This document shows, piece by piece, positions 1 through 9,321 of a DNA stretch of 35,155 nt. Numbering within the stretch: the first letter of the stretch is position 1; each line of letters begins with the position of its first letter. Source of the stretch: an uncultured Gammaproteobacteria bacterium (GTDB lineage: Bacteria > Patescibacteriota > Patescibacteriia > UBA9934 > GWF2-40-263). Position numbers and translations under genes: made by a program. The notes beneath the pieces are model-generated. The model was given only the letters and a program-made list of their open reading frames with translations. It was not told the origin of the DNA and did no database searches. The stretch is taken from assembly GCA_964588505.1 (NCBI GenBank), contig CAZPPQ010000003.1, positions 1 through 35,155 of the forward strand. The letters are read 5' to 3'.

Positions 1-94
1 GCGACAGCATTAATTTCCTTGTCAGGGAGAAGCGAAAGTTCGCCTGACTCCCGAGCAGGCCGCCAAAGCGGCCATCGAGTACTTGCAGTAGCGT

Positions 95-152
95 GCGTGT
101 CCGGGCGGAAGAGGGAACTTCTTCCTCTCCGCTCGGGCGCGTTTTTGTTTTT
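95..152 (+). terminator. Rho-independent terminator of the upstream (out-of-window) gene
   Basis: GC-rich imperfect stem gcgtgtccgggcgga...tccgctcgggcgc followed by a long T tract. Confidence 0.7.
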
Positions 153-170
153 CTCTTTTTCCTCTTTTTC

Positions 171-200
171 CTATAAGCTATAAGCTATCACCTATAAGCT
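171..200. repeat. CTATAAG heptamer tandem repeat
   Basis: ctataagctataagctatcacctataagct; its reverse complement matches 22508-22537 at 29/30 positions. Confidence 0.85.
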
Positions 201-222
201 GCGTTTTTTTGCTTGCCGCCTT

Positions 223-1638
223 ATGTTATCCCTTTACAACACCCTCACACGCCGATTGGAGGAGTTCCATTCGATCAAACCGAAAAAGGTTTCGATGTAC
301 ACTTGCGGACCGACCGTGTACTGGTTCGCGCACATCGGCAACCTGCGCGCGTATATTTTTTCCGACATTCTTCGTCGCAAGCTCGGCGCGGACGGATTTG
401 ATGTAACGCTCATTATGAACATCACGGATGTCGGGCACTTGACGGACGACGCGGACAATGGCGAGGACAAGATGCTCGTTGCTATGCGGCGCGAAGGGAA
501 GACGGCTTACGAAATCGCGGAGTTTTACACCGAAGCGTTTTATCGCGACCTGGAGCGTCTAAACATCGAGCCGGCGACCAAGTTTGTGCGTGCGACCGAC
601 CACATCAAAGAGCAGATCAGGATGATCCAGCAAATTGAGAAAAATGGATTCTCGTATCAAACTTCGGACGGCGTCTATTTTGATACCTCGAAGTTGAAGG
701 ACTACGGCCGTCTCTCGGGTCAGAAGCTTGAGGAAAAGAAGGCCGGCGCGCGCATTGAGGTCGGCGAAAAACGGAATGCCGCGGATTTTGCGCTGTGGAA
801 GTTTTCTCCGGCTCCCACCCCCTCCAACTCCCCCTCGGGCAGGGGGAGAGGCAAGCGCGAAATGGAGTGGAAGTCGCCGTGGGGTGTCGGATTCCCGGGC
901 TGGCACATCGAATGTTCGGCTATGTCTCGAAAATATCTCGACGTGCCATTTGATATTCACACTGGCGGAATTGATCACATTGCCGTTCATCATGAAAACG
1001 AGCTGGCGCAAACCGAAGCCGCGGACGGCAAGCTCGAGGCTCATGTGTGGATGCACAGCGAATTTGTGACCGTTGACAATGGAAAGATGTCAAAGTCGCT
1101 CGGCAACTTTTATACGATTGACGATCTTGTAAAGCGCGGATACGACCCGCTCGCGTATCGTTACTTTGTGCTCGGCGCGCACTATCGGACGAAGTTGAAT
1201 TTTACATTCGAAGCGCTGGACGCGGCGCAGAACGCGCTTTTTCGTTTACGGGAAACCGTGCGTGCTTGGGATACCAAAGGCAAGGTCGGCTGTGCAGAAT
1301 ATGAAAAGACGTTTGCGGAAGCGATGGATGACGACCTGAATACTCCAAAGGCGCTCGCGGTGGTTTGGGATTTGATCGGAGATACGGCTCTTCCGAAGTC
1401 GGCAAAAACCGCTTCACTCCTCCGGATCGATCAGGCGCTTGGTCTCGGACTCTCTGCTTTTGTCGGAAAATTGGTCGTGGTTCCGGATGAGATTCTCGCG
1501 CTCGTTGAAGCTCGCGAGCAGGCTCGAGCCAAAAAGGAATGGGAGGAATCCGACCGTCTGCGCGAGGAAGTCGTGACAAAAGGATTTTTGGTTGAGGATA
1601 CGCCGAGCGGCCCGATCGTCCGGAATGTGGTAAAATGA
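223..1638 (+). CDS. cysS: Cysteinyl-tRNA synthetase
   Basis: CGPTVY, HIGN, DFALWK, PGWHIECSAM, HHENE and KMSKS motifs. Confidence 0.98.
   Translation: MLSLYNTLTRRLEEFHSIKPKKVSMYTCGPTVYWFAHIGNLRAYIFSDILRRKLGADGFDVTLIMNITDVGHLTDDADNGEDKMLVAMRREGKTAYEIAEFYTEAFYRDLERLNIEPATKFVRATDHIKEQIRMIQQIEKNGFSYQTSDGVYFDTSKLKDYGRLSGQKLEEKKAGARIEVGEKRNAADFALWKFSPAPTPSNSPSGRGRGKREMEWKSPWGVGFPGWHIECSAMSRKYLDVPFDIHTGGIDHIAVHHENELAQTEAADGKLEAHVWMHSEFVTVDNGKMSKSLGNFYTIDDLVKRGYDPLAYRYFVLGAHYRTKLNFTFEALDAAQNALFRLRETVRAWDTKGKVGCAEYEKTFAEAMDDDLNTPKALAVVWDLIGDTALPKSAKTASLLRIDQALGLGLSAFVGKLVVVPDEILALVEAREQARAKKEWEESDRLREEVVTKGFLVEDTPSGPIVRNVVK
813..850. repeat. REP-like palindromic element inserted in frame in cysS
   Basis: ctccccct-cgggc-agggggag 8-bp stem at 828-848; encodes PTPSNSPSGRGR right after DFALWKFSP. 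Confidence 0.7.
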
Positions 1639-1673
1639 TATGAGAGGCGCTAAAGGCATTGAAGAAATGAAAT

Positions 1674-2153
1674 ATGGATAAAAAAATCCTTTCTCCCACG
1701 GAACAACCATTTCGTCCGCCGGAGATTTTTCCGGAATCGGAGGAAAAATTAATAACCGGAGAAGTTCGGCCACAGGCGGAAGTTGTTGAAGGGTCGGAAG
1801 CTCCGGTAGAGCTTTCTGAACAGCAAGAACATACTCCGGAAGCAGAATCGGAATCAGCCGAGCCGGAACAGGAACCTCAAAAAGACGAGCTCATTGTCAA
1901 AGTCGAGTCCATTCTTTCGGACGGACTTGAAGATGTATTCAAAAAAATGTTGAAACCGACGCAGGACGCTTTCAGGCGTGAAGGCGAAGAGCTTGCTGTC
2001 CGACTGAAAGAAATGCTCGGCCACGGAAAACTCGATAAAGCTTTGGCAAACAGACAGATCACGCGCTGGCTTCGCGGCATTCCTGATGTGAACGCGTTGT
2101 TTTTGGAGCAGGCGGCCAAAATTAAGACGGACAAATTCAGCAACATCGCATGA
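1674..2153 (+). CDS. Hypothetical protein (acidic low-complexity N-terminus, helical C-terminus)
   Basis: 159-aa ORF whose stop overlaps the next start (ATGA). Confidence 0.8.
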   Translation: MDKKILSPTEQPFRPPEIFPESEEKLITGEVRPQAEVVEGSEAPVELSEQQEHTPEAESESAEPEQEPQKDELIVKVESILSDGLEDVFKKMLKPTQDAFRREGEELAVRLKEMLGHGKLDKALANRQITRWLRGIPDVNALFLEQAAKIKTDKFSNIA

Positions 2154-4705
2154 TTATTTTTCAACTGCCATTTTCACTCGCCGATTCTGAATCCATCGTG
2201 CTTGTCGGAGAGAGCGCGGTTTTTCCCATGGATATCCTCATAGTCCTCGGAGGAATTTTTGTTGTTGTCGCGGCTATAGTCCTCGTGCTTCAAATCATCC
2301 GACACAAGCTTCGCGTGAAGCATTCCACATTTGATCGCATCACCTATCTCGTCACACGGCCCAAGTATCGGCACAGCGAGGAATCCCAGCGCGCGCCGGA
2401 AAAAGAGAAGGTGATCGAGGCGATCGGAGCCGCGGAAACTTTTTTTACCGCGATCGGCGGATTAAAGGAGCAGAAAGGATGGAAGGCGTGGCTGTTCGGC
2501 CGCAACGACGAATTCGGTTTTGAGATCGTGGCGCAAGATAAGATGGTGAAGTTTTATGTGACGGTTCCGGCTTCGGCGCGCACATTCATTGAACAACAGC
2601 TTTCGGCCGCCTGGCCGGATGCGTTTATGGAAGAAGTTGAAGACTATAACATCTTTCAGCCGACGAGCGTCATTGTCGGGAGTCATATCAAACTAAAGCG
2701 TCATCATGCGTTTCCAATCAAGACATTTAGAAAGATGGACGCGGATCCGCTTTCGGCCATGACGAATGTTTTGGCAAAGATTCCAGAGAACGAGGGCGCC
2801 GCGTTTCAATTTTTGGCGCGCTCGGCCCCGCCCGTGTGGCGCAAGCGCGGGATCGAGATCGCTCACAATATCCAGCAGGGAATGAAAGTGGATGACGCAA
2901 TGAAAAAAAAGAAGTCCGGCGAGCTTTCAAAGTGGATCGCGGCGATCGGATTTAGCAAGAAATCCGATGAGCAGAAAAAAGAATACAGGCTGTCCCCGCA
3001 GGAAGAAGAGGTCGTGAAAGTGATCGAGGAAAAGGCGAGCAAGGCCGGTATGGATGTGTGTGCGCGGCTGATTGTTTCCGCGTCAAACGCGGCGCAAGCG
3101 CAAACCACGCTTGAAAATATGCTGAACGCGTTTTCGCAATACAGTGTGTTTCAGTATGGCAATATGTTCGTGAAATCTGTCCCTTCTTCCAAAATGGATT
3201 TGGGCCGCCGATTTATTTATCGCCTGTTCGACGAACGCCAGTCGTTTGTGCTGAACACCGAGGAAATGGCGAGCTTGTGGCATCTGCCTTTGCCATGGAC
3301 TGAAACGCCGAACATCCAATGGCTCGGCGCCCGTCGCGCTTCAGCTCCGCCAAATGTTCCAGGTCCGGAAACCGGCGATATTGAGATCGGATACAATTTG
3401 TTTCGCGGAGTGAAGACGCCAGTGTGGATCAAAAAGGACGACCGTCAGCGCCATCTGTACTTGATGGGCAAATCAGGGTCCGGAAAATCTCAAATGATCG
3501 CCAAGCTCGCGATTCAGGACATTAAAAAAGGATACGGCGTGTGCGTCGTGGACCCGCACGGCGATCTTATTGAGCAGATTTTGGGCAACATTCCGCGCGA
3601 GCGCGTGGATGATGTCATTGTGTTTAATCCGTCCGACATCGAACGGCCAATGGGACTTAATATGCTCGAAGCGAGAGAAGAGGGCGTGAAAGATTTTGCC
3701 GTGCAGGAAATGATCTCCATTTTTTACAAGTTGTTTCCGCCGGAGATGATCGGCCCAATGTTCGAGCACGATATGCGCAATGTGATGCTTACTTTGATGG
3801 CAGACCCGGAGAACCCCGGGACAATCGCGGAAATTCCGCGTATGTTCACAGACGAGGCGTTTGCCAAAGAATGGGTCGCAAAGCTTAAGGATCCGGTCGT
3901 TAAATCGTATTGGGAAAATGAGGTCGCGAAAACGAGCGATTTCCACAAGTCCGAAAAGCTCGGGTATCTTGTTTCCAAAGTTGGACGGTTCGTGGAAAAC
4001 GAAATGATGCGCAACATCATCGGCCAGACGCATTCGAGTTTTGATTTTCGCGACATTATGGATAAGCAGAAAGTGTTGCTCGTGAATTTATCAAAGGGCA
4101 AGACCGGCGAGGTGAACGCGAATCTTCTCGGGCTCATCATCGTTTCCAAACTGCAGATGGCCGCGCTTTCCCGCGCCGATATGCCGGAAAGCGAGCGCAA
4201 AGATTTTTATCTGTACATTGACGAGTTTCAGAATTTCATCACGGATTCGATCGCAACCATTCTGTCCGAGGCGCGCAAGTACCGGCTTTGTCTCACGATT
4301 GCGCATCAGTACATCGGCCAGCTCGTAAAGGACAATGACTCCAAGATCAAGGACGCAGTGTTCGGCAATGTCGGCACTATGCTTGTGTCCCGCATCGGGC
4401 CGGAGGATGTGGAGACGCTCGAAAAAGTGTACGCGCCGGACTTCAACGGTAATGATTTGATCAACTCGGACAAGGTGACATGGTACACGAAGATGATTAT
4501 AGACAACGCGCAAGCAAGACCTTTCACTCTGAACTTTGCCATGGTGCCGAGAGGGGACGCGGAATTGGCGGATGCGGTCAAGGAATTGTCTCGGTTGAAG
4601 TACGGACGCGACCGTACGCTGGTCGAGGAAGAAATTTTGGAGCGCACCCAACTTGGATCATCCGGTGGTGAAGCGTTAGGGGAGTTTGGGAAGTCGAGCT
4701 TTTAG
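2150..4705 (+). CDS. Membrane-anchored VirD4/TraD/TrwB-like (HerA-FtsK clan) ATPase
   Basis: N-terminal TM helix, Walker A GKSGSGKS, VVDPHGD, Walker B LYIDEFQ, EARKY, AHQ; the true start may be the Met at 2228. Confidence 0.88.
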   Translation: MIIFQLPFSLADSESIVLVGESAVFPMDILIVLGGIFVVVAAIVLVLQIIRHKLRVKHSTFDRITYLVTRPKYRHSEESQRAPEKEKVIEAIGAAETFFTAIGGLKEQKGWKAWLFGRNDEFGFEIVAQDKMVKFYVTVPASARTFIEQQLSAAWPDAFMEEVEDYNIFQPTSVIVGSHIKLKRHHAFPIKTFRKMDADPLSAMTNVLAKIPENEGAAFQFLARSAPPVWRKRGIEIAHNIQQGMKVDDAMKKKKSGELSKWIAAIGFSKKSDEQKKEYRLSPQEEEVVKVIEEKASKAGMDVCARLIVSASNAAQAQTTLENMLNAFSQYSVFQYGNMFVKSVPSSKMDLGRRFIYRLFDERQSFVLNTEEMASLWHLPLPWTETPNIQWLGARRASAPPNVPGPETGDIEIGYNLFRGVKTPVWIKKDDRQRHLYLMGKSGSGKSQMIAKLAIQDIKKGYGVCVVDPHGDLIEQILGNIPRERVDDVIVFNPSDIERPMGLNMLEAREEGVKDFAVQEMISIFYKLFPPEMIGPMFEHDMRNVMLTLMADPENPGTIAEIPRMFTDEAFAKEWVAKLKDPVVKSYWENEVAKTSDFHKSEKLGYLVSKVGRFVENEMMRNIIGQTHSSFDFRDIMDKQKVLLVNLSKGKTGEVNANLLGLIIVSKLQMAALSRADMPESERKDFYLYIDEFQNFITDSIATILSEARKYRLCLTIAHQYIGQLVKDNDSKIKDAVFGNVGTMLVSRIGPEDVETLEKVYAPDFNGNDLINSDKVTWYTKMIIDNAQARPFTLNFAMVPRGDAELADAVKELSRLKYGRDRTLVEEEILERTQLGSSGGEALGEFGKSSF

Positions 4706-4824
4706 CCGTTCCTTTCAGACTGCTTGATGCGGATCCATTGATTTTTTTCGCAACCATGGTATCATTGTTCGGCTGGTAAACCTGTCGGGCGCGTTCTTTT
4801 CATCCCGAAAGAAAGGAGAAAGTC

Positions 4825-6060
4825 GTGGAGAATCGTCTTCCAGACATTCCGGATCCTTTGCATCCGATTATTGTCTCCAAGACTCTGACCGTCGCGGACG
4901 GGGAGTCTGGTATTACGATTAAGGACGATCGATACGAAGTTCTGATTTCGCAAGTTTTATTGGTGGCAGGCGCTGATGTGTCGCTTACGTGCGTCTTCAA
5001 TCGCGGTTCCGTTCTTGTCCGAAATTTGGAGCTTGGCAGAAAGTTGAAATCCAAGAATCATGGTGTTGATCCGAAGAGTGTCTTCGTCGTGTACGAACAC
5101 ATCTATAGCGCCATTCGCGGACTTCGCGCCATTCCCGGACGACATGATGTTGAAGTCCGGCGGATTACCGAGTGGCAGAGGACGCTTCGGTGGATGTTGC
5201 AAACATCAGGGCAACTCAAAGATGCGTCTGCGAGCGCGGTGAAGGCGTACCAAGAGGTCGGGCAAAAAACCGCGGCAGATGAGGCGATGGTGCGCAATCC
5301 GGCCAAAGTCAAGGCTCTCGAACGTATGCGAAAAGCGACGAGCGTGACAGACTCGCGCGGACGCAAAAATCCGGGTCGTATCCCGCCGCTTCTCTGGAGC
5401 TCGAGCGATTTGCTTGCCAGACGTCAGAGCGCCGCGCGGGGTATTTCGCACAGGATGGACGGAAGGATTTACGTCCTCGTGTGCTATCTCGATCGGCTTT
5501 TGCGGATCCGCGACCAGTATGAAACCATGGTCGGAAATCTGCTCGGCTCCGGCATTTTGCGCGGCAAGTGCACGGTCAGGAACGCACTGGAGGCAATGAT
5601 TGATCGGCTTCGGAGATCCGCGAGAGAACTCGCTGACGTGCACGTTCAGCCGTTTGGCGGAAATTTCCTTAACATCGCGGGTTGCTTAAAAAATGCCGCC
5701 GACTGTTTGGAGTTAGGGCAGTTAAGCGATACGCGCCGCCATCTCGAAACAGTGCAGTCCAAACTTTATCTTATGGATGCGCGGCGCGAGCTAGAGGAGG
5801 TCCGTTCGACGCTTGCATCCTATTTTGATTCCGGCGTTCATCCGTCGTCTGAAGCGCGTCGCGCGCTTGAGATGAAGATATCAGCTCTGAAAAAGTGGCT
5901 TCGTCATATTTGCGATACGCGCTCTTTTGCCACAGACAGGAATCCGATCGAACAAGTTGATGCGGCATTGGGTCTTTTCGATCCGGGCAAAGAGATACAA
6001 GAGGGATGGCTTTCGGATGTCCGCCTTTGTTTGAAAAGGGCGTGCGCCGAGTGCGATTAG
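4825..6060 (+). CDS. Hypothetical protein (411 aa, predicted helical)
   Basis: Long ORF, GTG start with SD gaaaggag, followed by a terminator. Confidence 0.8.
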   Translation: MENRLPDIPDPLHPIIVSKTLTVADGESGITIKDDRYEVLISQVLLVAGADVSLTCVFNRGSVLVRNLELGRKLKSKNHGVDPKSVFVVYEHIYSAIRGLRAIPGRHDVEVRRITEWQRTLRWMLQTSGQLKDASASAVKAYQEVGQKTAADEAMVRNPAKVKALERMRKATSVTDSRGRKNPGRIPPLLWSSSDLLARRQSAARGISHRMDGRIYVLVCYLDRLLRIRDQYETMVGNLLGSGILRGKCTVRNALEAMIDRLRRSARELADVHVQPFGGNFLNIAGCLKNAADCLELGQLSDTRRHLETVQSKLYLMDARRELEEVRSTLASYFDSGVHPSSEARRALEMKISALKKWLRHICDTRSFATDRNPIEQVDAALGLFDPGKEIQEGWLSDVRLCLKRACAECD

Positions 6061-6066
6061 CTTCTG

Positions 6067-6099
6067 CGGCATGGAGAAATCCGTGCCGTTTTTTGTTTT
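6067..6099 (+). terminator. Rho-independent terminator
   Basis: cggcatgga-gaaa-tccgtgccg followed by a T tract. Confidence 0.8.
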
Positions 6100-6246
6100 C
6101 TGAAGCCGTAAAAATATTCTTGTTTTTTCATTCTTCAACGATTATACTTAAGGGACCTTCGCAAAAGGTCTTATGGAGTCTATTCAACGATTCTATTTCG
6201 AAATTCAGTCGTTTCACTTCAAAAGCGCATTCAGGAACAGACTCCT

Positions 6247-8313
6247 ATGATCGGTACGCGCATTGCTTACGAAAAAGAATTGAACCCGGAACAGTTGGAG
6301 GTTGTGTTGCACGGCGACGGGCCGTGTTTGGTTTTGGCCGGAGCCGGATCCGGAAAGACGCGGACGATCACCTATCGCGTTGCATATCTGATCGAACATG
6401 GAGTACGACCAGAGCGGATTTTGTTGTTGACATTTACGAATAAGGCATCGAAAGAAATGCTCGGGCGCGTGGAGACATTACTCGCGCGCAGCGGGAAGGC
6501 CCCTAAGGGCATTTGGGGCGGCACGTTTCATTCGATCGCGAGCCGCCTACTGCGCTTATTTGCGCGAGATGCCGGAATATCTCCATCATTCACGATTTTT
6601 GATCAGGATGATTCAAAGGACTTGATTAAGCGTTGCTCGGCTGATGTGGCCGCCGGATTCACGTTCCGCAAAATGCCGTCGCCATCGGTTTTGCAATCCA
6701 TCATCAGTTACAGCCGCAACGCGCAGACGCCGATTCGCGAAGCGGCGATCAAAAAATATCCTCAAGGCCGCGAGTTTGCCGCGCTCGCCGAGCGCATTGC
6801 CGAGCTGTACGAGACAAGGAAGCGCCAAGCTCATGCGTTGGATTTTGACGATCTTTTGACAATTTTTCGCGATTTGCTTGTTCAAAATTCTGTTGTTCGC
6901 GAGCGGCTTGCCGGACAGTTCCATTATATTTTGGTTGATGAATATCAGGACACAAACACGGTCCAGGCCGAGATCGTCCGGATGCTTTCGTCCGTGCACC
7001 GCAACCTCCTCGTGGTGGGAGACGACGCGCAAAGCATCTATTCATTCCGCGCTGCGGATATCCGCAACATCCTCAAATTTCCTGATGCGTTTGCAGAAAC
7101 AAAAGTTTTTCGTCTTACGGCGAATTATCGTTCTTCGCCGCAAATTTTGGATGTCGCGAACGCCATCATCAAACAAAATGAAGAACAATTTTCGAAGGAA
7201 CTGCGCGCGATCCGGTCAACGCAGGAAAAACCGTGCGTGGTGCCGGCTGGAAGCGATGCACAGGAGGCTCAATACATCGGCGAGCACATCGCGAGGATAA
7301 TGGAAGCCGGAAGCGCGCCAAAAGAGATTGCGGTGCTGTTTCGCGCCGCATTTCACTCCCAGCCGCTTGAAATGGAATTGATGCGCCGCGGCATTGCGTA
7401 CGAGTATCGCGGAGGCATGAGATTTTTCGAGCGAGCGCACATCAAGGATGTGGTTGCTCACCTGCGGATTTTATCCAATCCGAAAGACGAGACCGCGTGG
7501 ATGCGCGCGCTCGGCCTTCTTGACAGTGTCGGTCTCGTGACAGCTCAAAAGTTGTTCGAACAGATCCGGAGTTTTGAAACGCTTGAAGAGATTCTGGACT
7601 GGAGGCCCCAATCGGAAAATCGAGTGACACGCGAGTGGGAGCGTTTCACGAACATGATAAAAAAGGTGACAGCAGTATCAGCTCCGGCCGCGGTTATTCG
7701 AACGTTGGTTGCCGATGGATACCGCGCGTACGTCGAGGCGGAATATCCGGACGCGCAGGATCGTCTGGAGGATATCGAACAGTTTGCATCGTTCGCCGAA
7801 GCCTCTGGAAATCTAACCTCATTTTTAGAGGAAGTCGCGCTCACGGATTTGTTCGGATTGCGTCAAGCGGAATCTGATTCCGGAGATCGAGTGGTGCTCT
7901 CGACCATCCATCAAGCAAAAGGATTGGAATGGCCGGTCGTGTTCGTGATGGGGCTTTCTGACGGAAAGTTTCCGAATCCGCGCGCGCTTGAGGAAGACGG
8001 CGGGCTTGAGGAAGAGCAGCGGCTGTTTTATGTTGCAACGACTCGCGCCGAGCGGCAATTATTTTTTACCTATTCATCGCTTTCCGGGCGCGGCGAGTCT
8101 TTGTCGTATGTTCAACCGTCCGTATTTTTACAAGATCTTCCGCAACACACGGTAGAATATGTAAAGTTGCGGGTTTCGCAACAACGGTTTCGGCCTACAA
8201 TCTCGAACAACGGATGGGACAGTGAACCGACGATCGTGCTGGATGATTTAGGCGAGCGTCCGGCAAAGCCGATCCCGAACCGCGAATTCCTGCCGGACAT
8301 TGAAGATTTATGA
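6247..8313 (+). CDS. UvrD/PcrA/Rep family SF1 DNA helicase
   Basis: LAGAGSGKT, LTFTNKA, VDEYQD, VGDDAQSIYSFR, NYRS, TIHQAKGLEW, RLFYVATTRA. Confidence 0.96.
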   Translation: MIGTRIAYEKELNPEQLEVVLHGDGPCLVLAGAGSGKTRTITYRVAYLIEHGVRPERILLLTFTNKASKEMLGRVETLLARSGKAPKGIWGGTFHSIASRLLRLFARDAGISPSFTIFDQDDSKDLIKRCSADVAAGFTFRKMPSPSVLQSIISYSRNAQTPIREAAIKKYPQGREFAALAERIAELYETRKRQAHALDFDDLLTIFRDLLVQNSVVRERLAGQFHYILVDEYQDTNTVQAEIVRMLSSVHRNLLVVGDDAQSIYSFRAADIRNILKFPDAFAETKVFRLTANYRSSPQILDVANAIIKQNEEQFSKELRAIRSTQEKPCVVPAGSDAQEAQYIGEHIARIMEAGSAPKEIAVLFRAAFHSQPLEMELMRRGIAYEYRGGMRFFERAHIKDVVAHLRILSNPKDETAWMRALGLLDSVGLVTAQKLFEQIRSFETLEEILDWRPQSENRVTREWERFTNMIKKVTAVSAPAAVIRTLVADGYRAYVEAEYPDAQDRLEDIEQFASFAEASGNLTSFLEEVALTDLFGLRQAESDSGDRVVLSTIHQAKGLEWPVVFVMGLSDGKFPNPRALEEDGGLEEEQRLFYVATTRAERQLFFTYSSLSGRGESLSYVQPSVFLQDLPQHTVEYVKLRVSQQRFRPTISNNGWDSEPTIVLDDLGERPAKPIPNREFLPDIEDL

Positions 8314-8852
8314 TCTCCCGAGTTCACGATCAGAAAAGACATTCTTGGAGAGCTGTTTTTTGGAGCCTATTGATCTTTTTTTTATTTTTAGCGATTTTTG
8401 GATCCAGCGTTTATTTTTTTCGCAAGGCCCAAAGAAACGACTTAGCAAAAAAAGCCGAAGATAAAGATGTTCAGATTTTTGATCGTACGCCATTGCCTAT
8501 TGTTGAAGACGCAGAGGCGAATTTATTGAACCTCAAAACAGGGATTGTGGCAGGAACCGCTGTACGCCGTCTCGTTTCAGATGATGAATTTATCCATACG
8601 ATCAAATCGCAATTGCCGATCATTGATCCGGCCGTTTCTTTTTATGAAGGATGGCTCGTCCGTACGGTTCCATATGGATTTTTTTCAACAGGGGAAATGG
8701 TTGTCAGCGATGAAGGGCAATTTGTTTTAGAATGGAAAGGGAATTCGCCGGCTGATTATTCCGGATACGATAAAGTTGTCATAACGATTGAAGCACGAGA
8801 CGGGAATCCGGATCCATCCGAGCATATTTTGGAAGGGGTGTTTGGACAATAA
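8310..8852 (+). CDS. Single-pass membrane protein with an RskA (anti-sigma-K) C-terminal-like domain
   Basis: N-terminal TM; YEGWLV...VVITIE..DGNPDPS.HILEG pattern resembles RskA C-terminal domains. Confidence 0.6.
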   Translation: MISRVHDQKRHSWRAVFWSLLIFFLFLAIFGSSVYFFRKAQRNDLAKKAEDKDVQIFDRTPLPIVEDAEANLLNLKTGIVAGTAVRRLVSDDEFIHTIKSQLPIIDPAVSFYEGWLVRTVPYGFFSTGEMVVSDEGQFVLEWKGNSPADYSGYDKVVITIEARDGNPDPSEHILEGVFGQ

Positions 8853-8949
8853 ATCGCCGGAGTCAATCTCCTCAACATTGCTTTTCCTTGGTCCGGACTT
8901 GTCGCCGGCCTCGGCGGAAAAGCAATGTTTTCGGGATTGACCGCGATTT
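8851..8949. repeat. Long structured hairpin element, copy 1
   Basis: Nested stems aaatcgc/gcgattt, gtcaatctc/gggattgac, aacattgcttttcc/ggaaaagcaatgtt; core shared with 10117-10197. Confidence 0.8.
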
Positions 8950-9270
8950 TTAATAGTGGAGCAGATTTCGCGCGAGTTTTCGCAGTCGTCGTCGGCTGAA
9001 TGTTGTGTTGAACCGATGTGCGAACGAACGCGCGTATTTTTTTTGGCGATGGGCCATGAAGGAGAGTGGGAGTGATTGATACTTGAGGACGAGAGAATGC
9101 ATAAGAAGTTTTGATGAGTGAGCGCGAGGTATGGGGCTTCAAGCGATAAGGTTCCAGAAGGCCGGGGATGGTTCCAAAGGAGGAGGATGGACTCATGCTA
9201 GGACAACGGTCGCTTATGCCCAAAGCCTCGTATCTCGCGCCCAGATTTTAAATTGAATAAATTTAACCAA

Positions 9271-9301
9271 GCCATGTCGAGGGCCTTTGACAAGCTCAGG
9301 C
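9271..9301. repeat. REP-like element of the ccttcgacaagctcagg type
   Basis: gccatgtcgagggcctttgacaagctcaggc, near-palindromic, just downstream of lexA. Confidence 0.55.
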
Positions 9302-9321
9302 AATATTTTTTTGATGAGTGT

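Noticed and set aside
1-91. 3' end of an upstream CDS
   Set aside because: The frame is ambiguous (stops at 45-47 or 89-91) and there is too little sequence to call a product.
8756-9223. 155-aa minus-strand ORF
   Set aside because: It overlaps the convergent gene's 3' end, runs through the hairpin repeat and has S/P/T-rich, non-globular composition.
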